Below, in pieces: positions 1 to 10,347 of a stretch of 64,000 bases of DNA. The position numbers and the translations under genes were made by a program. The first letter of the stretch is position 1; each line of letters begins with the position of its first letter. The notes beneath the pieces are model-generated. The model was not told where the DNA came from and searched no databases. It saw only the letters and a program-made list of their open reading frames with translations. The stretch is from Bacteroidota bacterium (GTDB lineage Bacteria; Bacteroidota; Bacteroidia; Sphingobacteriales; Sphingobacteriaceae): positions 13,500 to 77,499 of the forward strand of contig JABDFM010000001.1 of assembly GCA_013286565.1 (NCBI GenBank). Direction: 5' to 3'.

Positions 1-944
1 CTTAATTCATTGATCTTTAAAATAGGTTGTTGTGCGTATAGCTTCTTTTTTCGTTCCTTTATTTCTGATGAAGGATAAACATACCGCTCTCTTATTTTTT
101 CAATTGATACTGCATTATTTGCTGCGTCCAAAAAATCGGCAATAATTGGCAGTTTCTTTAGGTGATATTCCGGCGATGGGCGGCAGGCCAATAACCCTTT
201 TGTATAGGGATGCTGAGGATTGGAGAAAATGGTTTTCGTATCTGCTTCTTCAACAATTTCGCCTTTATACATCACAATAACCCGATCGGCGATCTCGCTC
301 ACCACGCCCAGATCATGGGATATGAATACCAGGCTCATGTTACGTTCGGCCTTAAGCCGGAGCAGTAATTCAATGATGGTCTTTTGTACGGTTACATCAA
401 GGGCAGTTGTTGGTTCGTCAGCAATCAGTATTTCCGGGTCGCAGGAAAGCGCCATCGCAATCATTACCCTTTGTTTTTGCCCGCCCGATATTTGGTGAGG
501 ATAACTATCGAATATAGCTTCTGGGCGCGGCAATTGCACTTCATTAAAAAGCTGGATGGCTTTTTCCTTTGCCTCCTGTTTGTCAACCCCTAAATGCAAC
601 TGAATTGCTTCCGTAACCTGGAAACCGCAGGTCAGCACCGGGTTAAGCGAGGTCATAGGCTCCTGGAAGATCATGGCTATGCGGTTGCCGCGTATAGCAC
701 GCATTTCTTCCTCAGGTATTTGCAGGGTGTTGATGTCATTGAACAATACGTTTCCGCTAATAATCGTATTATCAGCATTATGCAGACGCATAATGGCCAA
801 TGAAGTAACCGATTTACCGGAGCCGGACTCGCCTACAATGCCAATGGTTTCGCCTTTCTGCAAGGTAAATGAGCTATCCTTAACGGCCTGTACTAAACCA
901 TTCTGTGTTTTAAATTCGACCTTTAAATGGTTTACCTGCAGCAT
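1..944 (-). CDS. Oligopeptide/dipeptide-type ABC transporter ATP-binding protein (3' part runs off the window)
   Basis: Read manually from ATG at 944: [11 protein letters not shown]..., Walker A GESGSGKS, signature [12 protein letters not shown], Walker [15 protein letters not shown]. The start overlaps the upstream stop (TAATG). Confidence 0.93.
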   Translation of the reverse strand, partial: MLQVNHLKVEFKTQNGLVQAVKDSSFTLQKGETIGIVGESGSGKSVTSLAIMRLHNADNTIISGNVLFNDINTLQIPEEEMRAIRGNRIAMIFQEPMTSLNPVLTCGFQVTEAIQLHLGVDKQEAKEKAIQLFNEVQLPRPEAIFDSYPHQISGGQKQRVMIAMALSCDPEILIADEPTTALDVTVQKTIIELLLRLKAERNMSLVFISHDLGVVSEIADRVIVMYKGEIVEEADTKTIFSNPQHPYTKGLLACRPSPEYHLKKLPIIADFLDAANNAVSIEKIRERYVYPSSEIKERKKKLYAQQPILKINEL

Positions 945-1654
945 TATTGCCCGATCAGTGTGATACAATCATCCGCTATTAATTCTTCGCCACGGTAACG
1001 CCTGATAAGTTGGGCCGTAGCGACAACATCTTTCTGACAATAAACAGCAATACGCTCCAGATCGTTTTCGACCCAATAAACATGGCCCACCATACTGCCG
1101 TCAATATCATCTTTTGGAGTAGGTATATTGAAAATGGCGGTAAGTAAACTCAAAGAAGTATAGCTTTTATAATCGCCGAATTTCCAAAGCTCCATCGTAT
1201 CCAGGTGATTTATTTCCCATGGCTTTTTACCAGCTATTTCTAACTGTGGCGGAAACTTGATGCCGTTGATCAGCATCCTTCGGCAGATGTATGGAAAATC
1301 AAATTCCTTTCCATTATGCGCACATAAGATAAGATTCGTAGGCTGTGAGTGGAGCAGATCGGCAAATTGTATCAGCAATTCACTTTCATCATGCGAGAAA
1401 TAAGATTTTACCCTAAGGCCGGTGCTTTTTCCACGTGTAAATATGCCTACGGATATGCAAATGATCTTACCAAATTCAGCCCATATACCTGCGCGCTCGT
1501 AAAACGCTTCAGATGTTTCTTCCTTGCGTTGGTATTGCGTTTTCAGATCCCACAATTTTTGTAAATGCTCCGGCACCTGGTCGTGACTACTGTATTGTGG
1601 TACGGTTTCGATATCGATCACCATGATGTTGTGCAGGTCAAATTGTTCAAGCAT
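944..1654 (-). CDS. DEDD 3'-5' exonuclease (PolB-exonuclease-like family)
   Basis: Exo motifs DIET, HNGKEFD, YCQKD. Likely start is ATG 1654 (MLEQFDL). Confidence 0.88.
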   Translation of the reverse strand: MLEQFDLHNIMVIDIETVPQYSSHDQVPEHLQKLWDLKTQYQRKEETSEAFYERAGIWAEFGKIICISVGIFTRGKSTGLRVKSYFSHDESELLIQFADLLHSQPTNLILCAHNGKEFDFPYICRRMLINGIKFPPQLEIAGKKPWEINHLDTMELWKFGDYKSYTSLSLLTAIFNIPTPKDDIDGSMVGHVYWVENDLERIAVYCQKDVVATAQLIRRYRGEELIADDCITLIGQ

Positions 1655-1690
1655 TTCTGTATGTATTTTTATTGCCAAGATAATAATTCA

Positions 1691-1860
1691 GTTGGCAGTT
1701 TTTAGTTGGCGGTTTGCAATATTTCAGATCGCCTATTTGACTCACCCCGACATCGCTGCGCTTGTCGACCCTCTCTCCACTGCGCGCAAAGAGGGTTAAG
1801 GAAGAGTAAACATAGTATGCAATTCCTTGTGGTGCCAACTGCACACTGAAACCTGCCAAC
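1691..1860. repeat. Nested intergenic repeats: outer GTTGGCAG-type inverted repeat enclosing a double-hairpin REP-like element
   Basis: GTTGGCAGTTTTTAGT (1691-1706) is the near reverse complement of ACTGAAACCTGCCAAC (1845-1860). Inside are hairpins CGACA/TGTCG (1748-1767) and ACCCTCT/AGAGGGT (1768-1796). Confidence 0.6.
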
Positions 1861-4232
1861 TATTTCGCCAGTACCTCAAAATTGATCTCCAGGTTATTCC
1901 CGTTCCCGTCAACCAAGGTCAATTTATGCTTACCGGCAGACGGATTTAGTGCAACCTGGTGGAAGTCGATGGTTTCACCAACATATTTATCGTCCAGGTG
2001 CCAGAAGATCTTTACCCCGGCTTGGCGGTGCGCTGCATTGCAGATCATACGGCCACGACTGCCATCAGCTTCGAGTGGTACGTATACTTTTGCGCCATCT
2101 TTTGGGTAGATCAGTTCCATCGGGCTGCCTTTTTCAGCCAGCGCACAGTCCGACCGGAAAGGTGGTAAAGTGTGATACAGGTAGTTTTTAGTTTTATAGT
2201 AATACTCCATTGATGGCGGCAGCACGAACCATTTTTTGGTCGCCATGTTCCCCGGCGATTCGCAATCGCCTGTTACCTGCCATTTGCCGCTTGCATCTAA
2301 ATGGATTAGCTGATGCCAGGGGCAAACGGGTGCTTTTAAGCCACTTTTAGGCACCCACATGTCGTCGACATCCTCGCAATATTCACCGGCCCGGTAACCG
2401 CTTTGATGGCATACTTTTATTTTTACCATTTCGCCGACGGGCATTTCAAACCAATCACGCGCGACTGGAAGTAGCCTGAAAATCTCGAACAGGACTGGAG
2501 CGGCGGTATTGATGCCTGTCAGATCCGGACGACCTTCGCCATCGGTATTGCCTACCCAAACGCCTACCACGTATTTCGGGGTGATACCAATGGCCCAGCC
2601 ATCGCGAAAGCCGAAGCTTGTGCCGGTTTTCCAGGCCACGCGCTGGGTTGAACTGAATTGCTGCCATACCATCTCTTCGCCGGGCCGCATTACTTCCTCC
2701 ATCGCCTGGAAGGTGTAATAGATTGAGCCTGCATCCAGTAAGCCTGATTTTTCTAACTGGGGCTTTTTAGTTGGCTGAACGGAGTATACCGGACTATGAT
2801 AATCGGCGGTATCGTATTTGCCGTTGTATTTGGTATAGTGATTTAGTACACGTGCCATGTCTGCATAGGCCCCGGTTAGTTCCCATAACGTGTTTTCGCC
2901 GCCGCCTAAAATGAGAGATAAGCCATAATGATCAGCAGGTTTTTTTAGAGTGGTAATGCCGGCCTTCTGCAAAAAATCATAGAAGCGCTCGTATTTAAAT
3001 TGCTGCAACATTTTTACGGCGGGGACATTTAAGGAGCGCGACAAAGCCCTTGAAGCAGGTACGGCGCCATCATAACCCAAATCAAAATTCTCGGGGTGAT
3101 AACCTGCTATTTGAGTAGGGATATCCGGGATGAGGCTATTAGGCAATATCAACCCATCATGCAGCATGGAGGCATATAAAAGCGGCTTTAACGTGCTGCC
3201 GGGGCTGCGTGGCGCATCCACCACATCTACATCGCTTTCCATTTCCGGGTCGTTTGAATGGGCGATGTTCCCGGCATAAGCCAAGGCTTGCCCGGTTTCT
3301 ACATCCAGTACTACGGCGGCTATGTTATTGATGTCATTTGCTTTTAAAACAGAATGATGCCGTTCTAAAATGTCATTTACTTGCTGTTGCAGAGTTGATT
3401 TGATGCTTGTTTTAATACGGGTATCGCCAATTGGATGGTCGGTTTTAAACCGAACCAGCAGGTGAGGGGCTGATTGCGGCAGTGGTAGTGGCCTATCGGG
3501 TACAGGTTCAAGTTTGGCAAGCGATGCGGTTGTGCTGTCAATTACGCCTTGTTTATGCAACCTGTCAAGCAATTGGTTCCGTTTTTTGAGTAGAATCTGC
3601 CTGTTTTTCCCAGGGTGAACCAACGAAGGCGAGTTTGGCAATACCGCCATGGCAGCCATTTCGCCCCAGGATAACTTATCGGGGCTACGCCCGAAATAAC
3701 GCCAGGATGCTGCATCCAATCCAATCACATTGGTGCCGAAAGGAGCGTTGCTGGTATATAGGGCCAGTATATCTGCTTTGCTATGGGTACATTCTAATCG
3801 CAGCGCCATAAGTATCTCGCCCAGTTTATTCCAAAAAGTACGCTTGTGTTTGGTAGCGAGGCGGATCACCTGCATAGTAATGGTGCTGCCGCCGCTGATG
3901 ACATGTTTTGCCCGGATATTTTGCCTGATTGCCCTGCTAAAAGCCACAATATCAAAACCGGGGTGATGCTCGAACCTTTTATCCTCAAAAGCAATGATAC
4001 ACCGCTTGAATTTTTCGGGGACATTGGGGTTATAAGGGAAATGCCATTGACCGTCGTTAGCGATGGCAGCGCCGAGTAATTGGCCCTGGTCGTCATCAAT
4101 TACGTAAGAAGTAGGCGAATTAAACAATTGCCGCGGCAAACAAAACCAAAACCATAGCGTCAAACCCAATAAAATAGTGAGTAATATGATTACTTTTGGT
4201 TTTCTGAAGTAATTTTTGATCCGCTTTATCAC
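1860..4232 (-). CDS. pbpC: Penicillin-binding protein 1C (transglycosylase/transpeptidase)
   Basis: Transglycosylase motifs EDKRF and GGSTITMQV; transpeptidase STLK, SLN and KTGTS; PBP1C-type C-terminal domain; N-terminal TM helix. Start uncertain (GTG 4232, TTG 4241 or ATG 4274). Confidence 0.92.
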   Translation of the reverse strand: MIKRIKNYFRKPKVIILLTILLGLTLWFWFCLPRQLFNSPTSYVIDDDQGQLLGAAIANDGQWHFPYNPNVPEKFKRCIIAFEDKRFEHHPGFDIVAFSRAIRQNIRAKHVISGGSTITMQVIRLATKHKRTFWNKLGEILMALRLECTHSKADILALYTSNAPFGTNVIGLDAASWRYFGRSPDKLSWGEMAAMAVLPNSPSLVHPGKNRQILLKKRNQLLDRLHKQGVIDSTTASLAKLEPVPDRPLPLPQSAPHLLVRFKTDHPIGDTRIKTSIKSTLQQQVNDILERHHSVLKANDINNIAAVVLDVETGQALAYAGNIAHSNDPEMESDVDVVDAPRSPGSTLKPLLYASMLHDGLILPNSLIPDIPTQIAGYHPENFDLGYDGAVPASRALSRSLNVPAVKMLQQFKYERFYDFLQKAGITTLKKPADHYGLSLILGGGENTLWELTGAYADMARVLNHYTKYNGKYDTADYHSPVYSVQPTKKPQLEKSGLLDAGSIYYTFQAMEEVMRPGEEMVWQQFSSTQRVAWKTGTSFGFRDGWAIGITPKYVVGVWVGNTDGEGRPDLTGINTAAPVLFEIFRLLPVARDWFEMPVGEMVKIKVCHQSGYRAGEYCEDVDDMWVPKSGLKAPVCPWHQLIHLDASGKWQVTGDCESPGNMATKKWFVLPPSMEYYYKTKNYLYHTLPPFRSDCALAEKGSPMELIYPKDGAKVYVPLEADGSRGRMICNAAHRQAGVKIFWHLDDKYVGETIDFHQVALNPSAGKHKLTLVDGNGNNLEINFEVLAK

Positions 4233-4248
4233 AGACGACAAGGTTTTT

Positions 4249-4974
4249 ATGAAAATAGAAAAATTATCTATCATTATTCCTGCTTACAACGAAGGTAATA
4301 CCATCCACCTGATACTCAATAAAATTAAATCAGTTAAATTGATCGAGGATATCCAAAAAGAGATCATCATTGTAAACGACTGCTCAAAAGACCATACCGA
4401 ACAGGCTATTCTCGATTATCAATCCGCTAACCAAGAGCTCAATATCCAATACTTTAAACACGAATTTAACAAAGGCAAAGGGGCATCCCTGCATACCGGA
4501 ATATCCAAAGCAATGGGTGAATACCTCATTATACAGGATGCTGACCTGGAATACGACCCCAATGAATACAATGATCTCTTAAAACCCGTTTGCAACGGTT
4601 TTGCGGATGTGGTTTATGGCTCGCGCTTTATGGGCAGCAACCCGCACCGGATATTGTTCTTTTGGCATACTATTGGTAATCGGTGGCTAACCTTCCTCTC
4701 GAATATGTTCTCCAACATGAACCTGACGGATATGGAAACCTGTTATAAATTGATGGATACCAAAATGATCCAATCCATCAAACTAACTGAGCAACGCTTT
4801 GGTTTTGAACCGGAAGTTACCCAAAAAATAGCCAGGATACCCAAGATCAGGATATATGAGGTAGGCATATCCTATTATGGTCGTACTTATGATGATGGCA
4901 AGAAAATAGGGTGGAAGGATGGTGTGAGGGCTATTTATTGTATCTTTAAGTATGGGTTGTTTAAAATGAGTTGA
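4249..4974 (+). CDS. Glycosyltransferase family 2 (DPM1-like)
   Basis: IIIPAYNE, VNDCSKD, QDADLEYDP, GSRF, TDMETCYK motifs. ATG at 4249. Confidence 0.92.
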   Translation: MKIEKLSIIIPAYNEGNTIHLILNKIKSVKLIEDIQKEIIIVNDCSKDHTEQAILDYQSANQELNIQYFKHEFNKGKGASLHTGISKAMGEYLIIQDADLEYDPNEYNDLLKPVCNGFADVVYGSRFMGSNPHRILFFWHTIGNRWLTFLSNMFSNMNLTDMETCYKLMDTKMIQSIKLTEQRFGFEPEVTQKIARIPKIRIYEVGISYYGRTYDDGKKIGWKDGVRAIYCIFKYGLFKMS

Positions 4975-5006
4975 TTGAGATAAAATTATTAACACAACTG
5001 ATTATA

Positions 5007-5663
5007 TCAGATCAAAATTTTCTCTCTTAACTCCTTCGATATAGCTTCCGTAACACAGATAATATCCTCAGCTACCTGGGTGTTATTGACGATCACCTGC
5101 TCGCATTCGTCTTTATAAATTAATAAATATTCTTTGTAGGCAGGCATTACATGGTTTACCCATTTATACATCACGTCATCGTGCGAATAGCCACGCTCTT
5201 CCAGGTCGCGTTTTATACGACGGCGCAAAGCAACGTCTTCATCGGCCTCGATAAATATTTTAAAATCAAGTAAACGGGCGATTTCTGTGAAATGGAAAAT
5301 AAATAATCCCTCCACGATCAATATCGGGGCAGGTTTGATTTCGAGAATTTTTGGTATGGAAGAAGGATTATTGAAAGTGTATTCTTTTTTATAAACCGTT
5401 TCGTTATTGATCAGTTTGGTGATATCACCATAGAACCCTTCCCGGTCAATAGTAGCAGGCACATCAAAGTTATACAGCCTGTTTTCTTCAGGCGTCATAT
5501 TGTGCGCTACCGGTATATAATAATCGTCCTGGGACACCAGGCAAACTTCATCAGCAGTAAAATGTTCCAGGAAGCATTTTAAAAAGAATGTTTTCCCTGA
5601 GCCGCTTCCCCCGGCTATCCCAATGATAAACGGTTTATTGGGTGTAATATCGCGCTCAGTCAT
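5007..5663 (-). CDS. udk: Uridine kinase family protein
   Basis: IGIAGGSGSGKT P-loop, SQDDYY, NFD.P, IVEG, RRIKRD..ERG. Confidence 0.82.
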   Translation of the reverse strand: MTERDITPNKPFIIGIAGGSGSGKTFFLKCFLEHFTADEVCLVSQDDYYIPVAHNMTPEENRLYNFDVPATIDREGFYGDITKLINNETVYKKEYTFNNPSSIPKILEIKPAPILIVEGLFIFHFTEIARLLDFKIFIEADEDVALRRRIKRDLEERGYSHDDVMYKWVNHVMPAYKEYLLIYKDECEQVIVNNTQVAEDIICVTEAISKELREKILI

Positions 5664-5717
5664 ATTGGATAAAGGTAATGCCTTCTACTTATTTATGCTA
5701 ATTGGAAATAAAAAGGC

Positions 5718-6629
5718 TTATTCATTCGGTGCCCCGTAGCTCAGATTTACCTGGAAACGTTTGTCCAGAGCGCCTAATGATTGTGCAACATTTTTTGTCA
5801 TTACAATGATCACGTCTTTAGTTTGCTCATTATCAGTAAAGCGACCCACAACCTTTGCAAAAACTGTTTTGTTGGTCATAATGTTGGTGATCCTGATTAC
5901 CGTGCCAATAGGAGCGGTACGATGCAAAACAAGCATTTTATTTGGATCGAGGCCATCATCATCCATCCAGGTGGCAACGCCTTTTTCGTCTTTTTCAAAC
6001 AAACCATATTTATTGCCATTGGCTGCATGATGGCTGCTATCCTGTGAGGCAGGGTTAGTAGAATCACGTTTAGCCATAATGCTGTCAGTTTGATGAGCTA
6101 CAGGAGGCGGAGGAGGGGTTGATATAGAGTTTGACGCTGAAGCATTAGATTTAACCAGTAAGATCTGCCCCGGATGTATCGCATTTGATTTTAATCCGTT
6201 TAGGTTAACGATATCCTCAACTGATGTGTTAAATCTTTTGGAGATAGCATATAAAGTTTCCCCTTGTGAAACCTTGTATTGGGTAGCCGTGCCATCGCCG
6301 CCATTATTTGCAGCTGACGGGTTTTGAGGTACCGGTTGAGTTTTTTGTACTACAACAGGGGCTTGCTGGGTGAACGGACGATCAGTAGGCACTTTAATGA
6401 TCGTGCCTATCGTCATTTTTACATTGCTATTGTATTGGATAATCAATTTAGGGTTTACATTATAGCGTCTGCCTATCGAGTAGTAATTATCTTTTGGATC
6501 AAGTTTATGAAGGATCACTTTCTTCCCGTTTTGATTTTCAACACCCACCGAGTCAGCTACGGGTTTAGCAAAAACGGATATAGAAAAGGCTGTTGATGTA
6601 ATGGTTAGCAATAATATTTTAAATTTCAT
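5718..6629 (-). CDS. Secreted LysM-repeat protein with C-terminal RlpA-like (DPBB) domain
   Basis: Signal peptide; LysM motif YKVSQGETLYAISKRFNTSVEDIVNLNGL; C-terminal LHRTAPIGTVIRITN. Confidence 0.85.
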   Translation of the reverse strand: MKFKILLLTITSTAFSISVFAKPVADSVGVENQNGKKVILHKLDPKDNYYSIGRRYNVNPKLIIQYNSNVKMTIGTIIKVPTDRPFTQQAPVVVQKTQPVPQNPSAANNGGDGTATQYKVSQGETLYAISKRFNTSVEDIVNLNGLKSNAIHPGQILLVKSNASASNSISTPPPPPVAHQTDSIMAKRDSTNPASQDSSHHAANGNKYGLFEKDEKGVATWMDDDGLDPNKMLVLHRTAPIGTVIRITNIMTNKTVFAKVVGRFTDNEQTKDVIIVMTKNVAQSLGALDKRFQVNLSYGAPNE

Positions 6630-6648
6630 CTTAATTTTTAAACAGTAT

Positions 6649-7404
6649 TTATAGGTTTAAAACTTTTAATTCCGACTTGTTTTTCAGGTAGATCAATTGA
6701 TCCCTGTAAATAAGGAACGCCTCTGGTTGCAATTTTTGTATATCGGTGTTCAATATATCTTCGTAAATTATATTGGCATTATCTACGATATACAGTCTTT
6801 GCTGCAATGTCCCTTCTGCAAGCGCGTGCAAAGATACAATTCTCAAATTATTGTGCTCAAGATAATGTGCTGTATTTCCAAAAGGCACTGATTCTATAGG
6901 TAAAGTTTCTAAAAATTTAGCAGGGATCACGTCCGGTAAAATGATATTAGTCACTTCCTCAACATCTATCAATGGCTCATAAGGTCTTACAGGTGTACCG
7001 GTTTTAATATCAGCTAGATACAGCATCCGCGGCTGTATCCGGGTATCATAAATTACCGGGCCGTTGACTGATAAATGGTCGAACGCGTTGGTGTAATTAT
7101 TCCATAACAGGCTTCCAGACTCTCCGTCAAAAGCTATTAAACCCTTATGTGCCGGACCCGATTCTGATTGATAGTTGTGAAGCAGCAACACACCTTTATA
7201 AGCGGCTTCGATGCCGGTGAGCCATCTTTCCTCCGTTTGCAATCCGTCGAAGTTAACCTTGCCGCTCTCGAGGTTTACAGATGAGAAAAATACTCTTTTA
7301 TCATCCTGATCCCTTATTTCAGTAAAAAGCGTTTGGCTATGGGCATCTATCTCCAAACGCCATACGGCTGATTTAAATTGATAACTAATGTGAGATTGCA
7401 GCAT
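6649..7404 (-). CDS. Conserved hypothetical protein (DUF4905-like)
   Basis: 251-aa ORF co-oriented with the LysM gene; family recognised only approximately. Confidence 0.6.
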   Translation of the reverse strand: MLQSHISYQFKSAVWRLEIDAHSQTLFTEIRDQDDKRVFFSSVNLESGKVNFDGLQTEERWLTGIEAAYKGVLLLHNYQSESGPAHKGLIAFDGESGSLLWNNYTNAFDHLSVNGPVIYDTRIQPRMLYLADIKTGTPVRPYEPLIDVEEVTNIILPDVIPAKFLETLPIESVPFGNTAHYLEHNNLRIVSLHALAEGTLQQRLYIVDNANIIYEDILNTDIQKLQPEAFLIYRDQLIYLKNKSELKVLNL

Positions 7405-7505
7405 CTTTTTAAAAGTTACAAATATGGGTATTTCATTCCGATAGGTTTCTATAGCGAAATTCGGCAGGAGTAACGTTTAAATTTATAAATTTGGCGACTG
7501 CTAAA

Positions 7506-7540
7506 TAAATCCTCTCCATTGGAGAGGATTTAGGTGAGGC
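7506..7540. repeat. REP-like hairpin in the proS leader
   Basis: Perfect 12-bp stem TAAATCCTCTCC-ATT-GGAGAGGATTTA followed by GGTGAGGC. Confidence 0.65.
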
Positions 7541-7566
7541 ATAAACTAAAATACGACTACATAGAT

Positions 7567-9039
7567 ATGAGCAAAGGCATCATCAGTAAAGAAGAAGATT
7601 ATTCACAATGGTATAACGACCTGGTAATTAAAGCCGATATGGCCGAATATTCGCCGGTAAGGGGTTGCATGATCATTAAACCCTATGGTTATTCCATTTG
7701 GGAAAAAATGCAGGCCACACTGGATAAAATGTTTAAGGAAACCGGTCACAGTAACGCTTATTTTCCTTTGTTCATCCCCAAATCATTTTTTTCAAAAGAA
7801 GCGAGTCACGTAGAGGGCTTCGCCAAGGAATGTGCTGTGGTGACTCATTATCGCCTCAAAAATGACGAGAACGGGAATATTGTAGTGGATGAAGATGCCA
7901 AATTGGAAGAGGAACTGATCGTAAGGCCAACTTCGGAAACCATTATCTGGAACACTTATAAAGGCTGGATACAATCCTACCGCGACCTGCCTATCTTGGT
8001 AAACCAATGGGCCAACGTGGTGAGATGGGAAATGCGTACGCGTTTATTCCTGCGTACCAGCGAATTTTTATGGCAGGAAGGTCACACCGCACACGCTACA
8101 GCAGATGAAGCCATCGCAGAAACAGAACAAATGCTGGAGGTATATGCTGATTTTGTAGAAAACTGGCTGGCATTACCCGTGATAAAAGGTCGTAAAACCC
8201 CTAACGAGCGTTTTGCCGGGGCTTTGGATACCTATTGTATTGAAGCTTTGATGCAGGACGGTAAAGCTTTACAGGCAGGTACATCGCATTTCCTTGGGCA
8301 GAATTTCGCTAAAGCATTTGACGTAAAATTTACCAACAGGGAAAATAAGCTGGATTATGTTTGGGCCACTTCGTGGGGTGTCTCTACCCGTTTGATAGGT
8401 GCATTGATCATGTCGCACTCGGATGATGCTGGTTTAGTATTGCCTCCAAAACTGGCGCCTATACAGGTGGTAGTTGTGCCGATCTACAAACACGAGGAAG
8501 AACTGGCTAATATCACCGCGTATGTAAAAGAGCTGACCAAAGAGCTGAAAGCAAAAGACATCTCTGTAAAATTTGATAACCGCGATACCCACCGCCCCGG
8601 CGCTAAGTTTGCTGAGTACGAATTAAAAGGTGTGCCTTTGCGCGTAGCCATTGGCAGCCGTGATATGCAAAACGGAACAGTTGAACTGGCCCGCCGTGAT
8701 ACGAAAACAAAGGAAACAGTTCCACAGGAAGGTTTGGCTGGTCATATAGAAAAGCTGTTGGATGAAATTCAAACGAACATCTATAAAAAGGCATTCAATT
8801 TTAGGGCTGAGAATACAAAGGAAGCAGATACTTACGACGAATTTAAACGCCTGCTGGATGAAGAGCCTGGCTTTTTATCGGCTCATTGGGATGGCACGCC
8901 TGAAACAGAGCAAAGGATAAAAGAAGAAACCAAAGCCACTATACGCTGTATCCCTTTAAATAATAAACAGGAGGAAGGTAAGTGTATATTGACAGGTAAG
9001 CCATCAATACAAAGAGTATTGTTTGCAAGGGCGTATTAG
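7567..9039 (+). CDS. proS: Proline--tRNA ligase (archaeal/eukaryote-like type typical of Bacteroidetes)
   Basis: [49 protein letters not shown]; C-terminal FARAY. Confidence 0.98.
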   Translation: MSKGIISKEEDYSQWYNDLVIKADMAEYSPVRGCMIIKPYGYSIWEKMQATLDKMFKETGHSNAYFPLFIPKSFFSKEASHVEGFAKECAVVTHYRLKNDENGNIVVDEDAKLEEELIVRPTSETIIWNTYKGWIQSYRDLPILVNQWANVVRWEMRTRLFLRTSEFLWQEGHTAHATADEAIAETEQMLEVYADFVENWLALPVIKGRKTPNERFAGALDTYCIEALMQDGKALQAGTSHFLGQNFAKAFDVKFTNRENKLDYVWATSWGVSTRLIGALIMSHSDDAGLVLPPKLAPIQVVVVPIYKHEEELANITAYVKELTKELKAKDISVKFDNRDTHRPGAKFAEYELKGVPLRVAIGSRDMQNGTVELARRDTKTKETVPQEGLAGHIEKLLDEIQTNIYKKAFNFRAENTKEADTYDEFKRLLDEEPGFLSAHWDGTPETEQRIKEETKATIRCIPLNNKQEEGKCILTGKPSIQRVLFARAY

Positions 9040-9041
9040 TA

Positions 9042-9134
9042 GCCCCCAGCCCCTAAAGGGGAGTTAAAAGCCGGGTTTGAAATTAGATACTATTAACATT
9101 AACAAAAAAATCCCCCTTTAGGGGGTCAGGGGGC
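9042..9134. repeat. Inverted REP pair (REPIN-like), CCCCTAAAGGGG family
   Basis: GCCCCCAGCCCCTAAAGGGGA (9042-9062) and TCCCCCTTTAGGGGGTCAGGGGGC (9111-9134) are near reverse complements. The right copy abuts the next ATG. Confidence 0.75.
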
Positions 9135-10274
9135 ATGAAATTCGCAACAAAAGCTATACACGCAGGGCAGGAGCCCGATCCAACGACAGGGGCCATTATG
9201 ACCCCGATATACCAGACATCTACTTACTGGCAGAAATCGCCGGGGGACAATAAAGGGTATGAGTATTCGCGCGGAACAAATCCAACCCGTAAGGCTTTGG
9301 AAGATTGCCTGGCTGCTTTGGAAAACGCCAAATTCGGGCTTGCTTTTTCGAGCGGAATGGGTGCTACGGATGCAGTGATGAAATTGCTTCGTCCCGGTGA
9401 TGAGGTGATCACAGGTAATGATCTGTACGGTGGTTCGTACCGGATGTTCACCAAAATATTTGCCAATTATGGTATCAAGTTTCATTTTTTGGATCTTTCA
9501 AAACCAGAGATCGTTAATGAATATACGAACGATAAAACCAAAATGGTTTGGATAGAGACACCTACTAACCCGACCATGCAGATTGTTGATATAGAAGCTA
9601 TTGCAAAGATCACCAAAATAAAAGGTTTAACATTGGTGGTTGATAATACTTTTGCTTCACCATACCTGCAAAACCCTATCGACCTGGGTGCCAACATTGT
9701 AATGCACTCGGTAACCAAATATATTGGTGGTCACAGTGATGTGGTAATGGGTGCCTTGATGATGAACGATGAGGATCTGTATAAGAGGCTTTGGTTCATC
9801 TATAATAGCTGTGGTGCAACGCCCGGTCCGATGGATAGTTTCCTGGTATTACGTGGTATCAAAACCCTGCACTTGCGTATGAAGGCACATTGCGAGAACG
9901 GCAAAATAGTAGCCGAATTTTTAAAGACCCATCCGCGCGTAGACAAAATATACTGGCCCGGATTTACCGATCACCCCAATCACGAAGTTGCCAAAAAACA
10001 GATGCGTGATTTTGGCGGGATGATATCCATCACGCTAAAGGGAGCCGATCTGCAGGAAACCTTTAAAGTAGCATCCTCATTCAAGGTGTTTTCATTAGCG
10101 GAATCATTAGGCGGAGTAGAATCATTGATCAATCACCCGGTGACCATGACCCACGCTTCCATACCAAAAGAGGAACGCGAAAAGGTTGGTGTAGTGGATA
10201 ACCTGCTGCGTTTTAGCGTAGGGGTGGAGGATATTGATGATTTGATAGAGGATATACGACAAGCGCTTTCTTAA
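9135..10274 (+). CDS. Cystathionine gamma-synthase/gamma-lyase (PLP-dependent transsulfuration enzyme)
   Basis: YSRGTNPTR, FSSGMGA, ETPTNP, VDNTFASP, PLP lysine motif HSVTKYIGGHSD, AESLGGVESL. Confidence 0.93.
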   Translation: MKFATKAIHAGQEPDPTTGAIMTPIYQTSTYWQKSPGDNKGYEYSRGTNPTRKALEDCLAALENAKFGLAFSSGMGATDAVMKLLRPGDEVITGNDLYGGSYRMFTKIFANYGIKFHFLDLSKPEIVNEYTNDKTKMVWIETPTNPTMQIVDIEAIAKITKIKGLTLVVDNTFASPYLQNPIDLGANIVMHSVTKYIGGHSDVVMGALMMNDEDLYKRLWFIYNSCGATPGPMDSFLVLRGIKTLHLRMKAHCENGKIVAEFLKTHPRVDKIYWPGFTDHPNHEVAKKQMRDFGGMISITLKGADLQETFKVASSFKVFSLAESLGGVESLINHPVTMTHASIPKEEREKVGVVDNLLRFSVGVEDIDDLIEDIRQALS

Positions 10275-10275
10275 G

Positions 10276-10341
10276 TGGCAGTTGCAGTTTGCAGTAGCAG
10301 TTATAGAAGCTTACTGCTACTGCCAGTGCTACTGCTACTAA
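10276..10341. repeat. GCAGT(A/T)-iterated inverted repeat
   Basis: GCAGTAGCAGT (10291-10301) pairs with ACTGCTACTGC (10313-10323); further GCAGTT and ACTGCT units flank them. Confidence 0.65.
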
Positions 10342-10347
10342 CATACC

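Noticed and set aside
220-963. Several plus-strand ORFs of 69-96 aa
   Set aside because: They are antisense shadows of the minus-strand ABC ATPase, which the ORF track missed because it runs off the window.
7506-7540. T-box or attenuator upstream of proS
   Set aside because: The leader is too short and has no T-box consensus; the hairpin matches a REP-like pattern instead.
10276-10341. Short iterated repeats as a CRISPR array
   Set aside because: Units are 5-6 bp, arranged as an inverted pair without unique spacers, and no cas genes are present.
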